Source: Antedon mediterranea
Lineage: Eukaryota; Animalia; Echinodermata
Direction: 5' to 3'
Length of the DNA stretch: 64,000 bases
Assembly: GCF_964355755.1 (NCBI RefSeq)
Contig: NC_092676.1
Coordinates: 13,720,871-13,784,870, forward strand
Below, in pieces: positions 63,201 through 64,000 of this stretch. The notes beneath the pieces are model-generated. The model was not told the DNA's origin, did no database searches, and saw only the letters and a program-made list of their open reading frames with translations. The position numbers and the translations under genes are program-made. Every line of letters begins with the position of its first letter. Positions within the stretch are counted from its first letter, which is position 1.

Positions 63201-64000
63201 AACGAAATCACGTTTGTAATCATATCTTCACAACCATGAATCACAATTAAATAAAATGTGGTACTCATAAATTTCAGGGCATAAATCATCATATGGCAAT
63301 ACAATTACGTGCGTAGCGCATGTAACGCATGCGTACGCGCGCTTAACATTTTCAAAATTTATTTTCGAAGAAATAAGAGTACATTTCAGGCAATTTTAAG
63401 CGTTTACAAAATTGCCATGAGTGCGCATATTTTTGCGCGCGCACTGCGCGTTAAATGTTATTGCGCACTCTTTTTGCCCGATTTCTGTTTTCTTGACTTA
63501 CTTTTCAACTCGAAATTACGTTATACGAGCACGTCGAAAGTGACAGGCTACGCACGTGTAAATTTAAAAAAAATAAATGTTTTTAAACATTTCAACATTT
63601 TTAAACATGTTCAGTAATTTCGGTCAGTATAGTTCACTATGTCGGTCGGTCGGTCTCTCTGTCTGTCTGTCTGTCGGTCTGTCTGTCGGTCCGGTATCAC
63701 TATGCATTGTAGCACGCGACTTAATGGCTGTTGGCCTTGTTATTGTTTCTGTACACTATTTTGTGTAACAATTATCTCAAAAAGTTTAATGTCAATGATC
63801 ACCAAAATTTCAGAATATCTTTCAAATAATATAACTTAATTCTAATAAGCTTTCCAGCGTGATCACTCATCCGTGACGTCATTTATACGCCATTTTGCAA
63901 AATCACATTATCATTATATTAATATCTCCATAATTCATTATCACATATTAATGAAATTCACTACACGTAAACTTCAGGTCAAGGGTAAAAATATTAGCAA
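54296..64000 (+). mobile_element. Second HINE cluster in the opposite orientation: F1 54296-55898, F2 55900-57396, F3 57398-61377 (chimeric, LINE-interrupted), F4 61384-62961, F5 (family D) 62966-63740, F6 from 63745
   Basis: Hairpin plus CTAG 3' ends at 55898, 57396, 61377 and 62961; reverse-complement similarity to E1-E9. Confidence 0.85.
58272..60400 (-). mobile_element. 5'-truncated L2/CR1-group LINE inserted in HINE F3
   Basis: RPISLT, VDFSKAFD, GVPQG, KFVDDLT, IRPIIEYACPTW; two frameshifts; A-rich tail inserted at a T-run of the host element, which resumes at about 60405. Confidence 0.9.

Noticed and set aside
44211-64000. Upstream OCRL exons (PH domain and linker)
   Set aside because: No matching exon was recognised and the region is nearly all repeats; a very short exon could have been missed

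Overview
AT-rich animal (probably invertebrate) genomic DNA, not prokaryotic. The minus strand carries the last 16 coding exons (about 650 aa: 5-phosphatase, ASH and RhoGAP-like domains) of an OCRL/INPP5B-family inositol polyphosphate 5-phosphatase. The upstream exons were not found and probably lie beyond 64000. The gene has two minor-spliceosome (U12) introns: a 15 kb AT-AC intron (20141-35181) and a 3 kb GT-AG intron (10892-13957). Its RhoGAP-like domain has Arg where human OCRL/INPP5B have Gln. The rest is almost all transposon-derived: a Penelope element with a degenerate hammerhead, an LTR-less Gypsy body, RTE and L2/CR1-group LINE fragments, a Helitron and MITEs. The most striking structure is a set of non-autonomous Helentron/HINE-like elements that insert, in the same orientation, into the microsatellite just inside each other's 5' cap. 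In the AT-AC intron, five uncapped bodies are closed by five orphan caps in last-in-first-out, subfamily-matched order, giving a six-deep nest. Two other loci show the same process as CRISPR-looking arrays of palindromic caps. All coordinates were read by eye. Exon boundaries were checked for frame; repeat boundaries are approximate.
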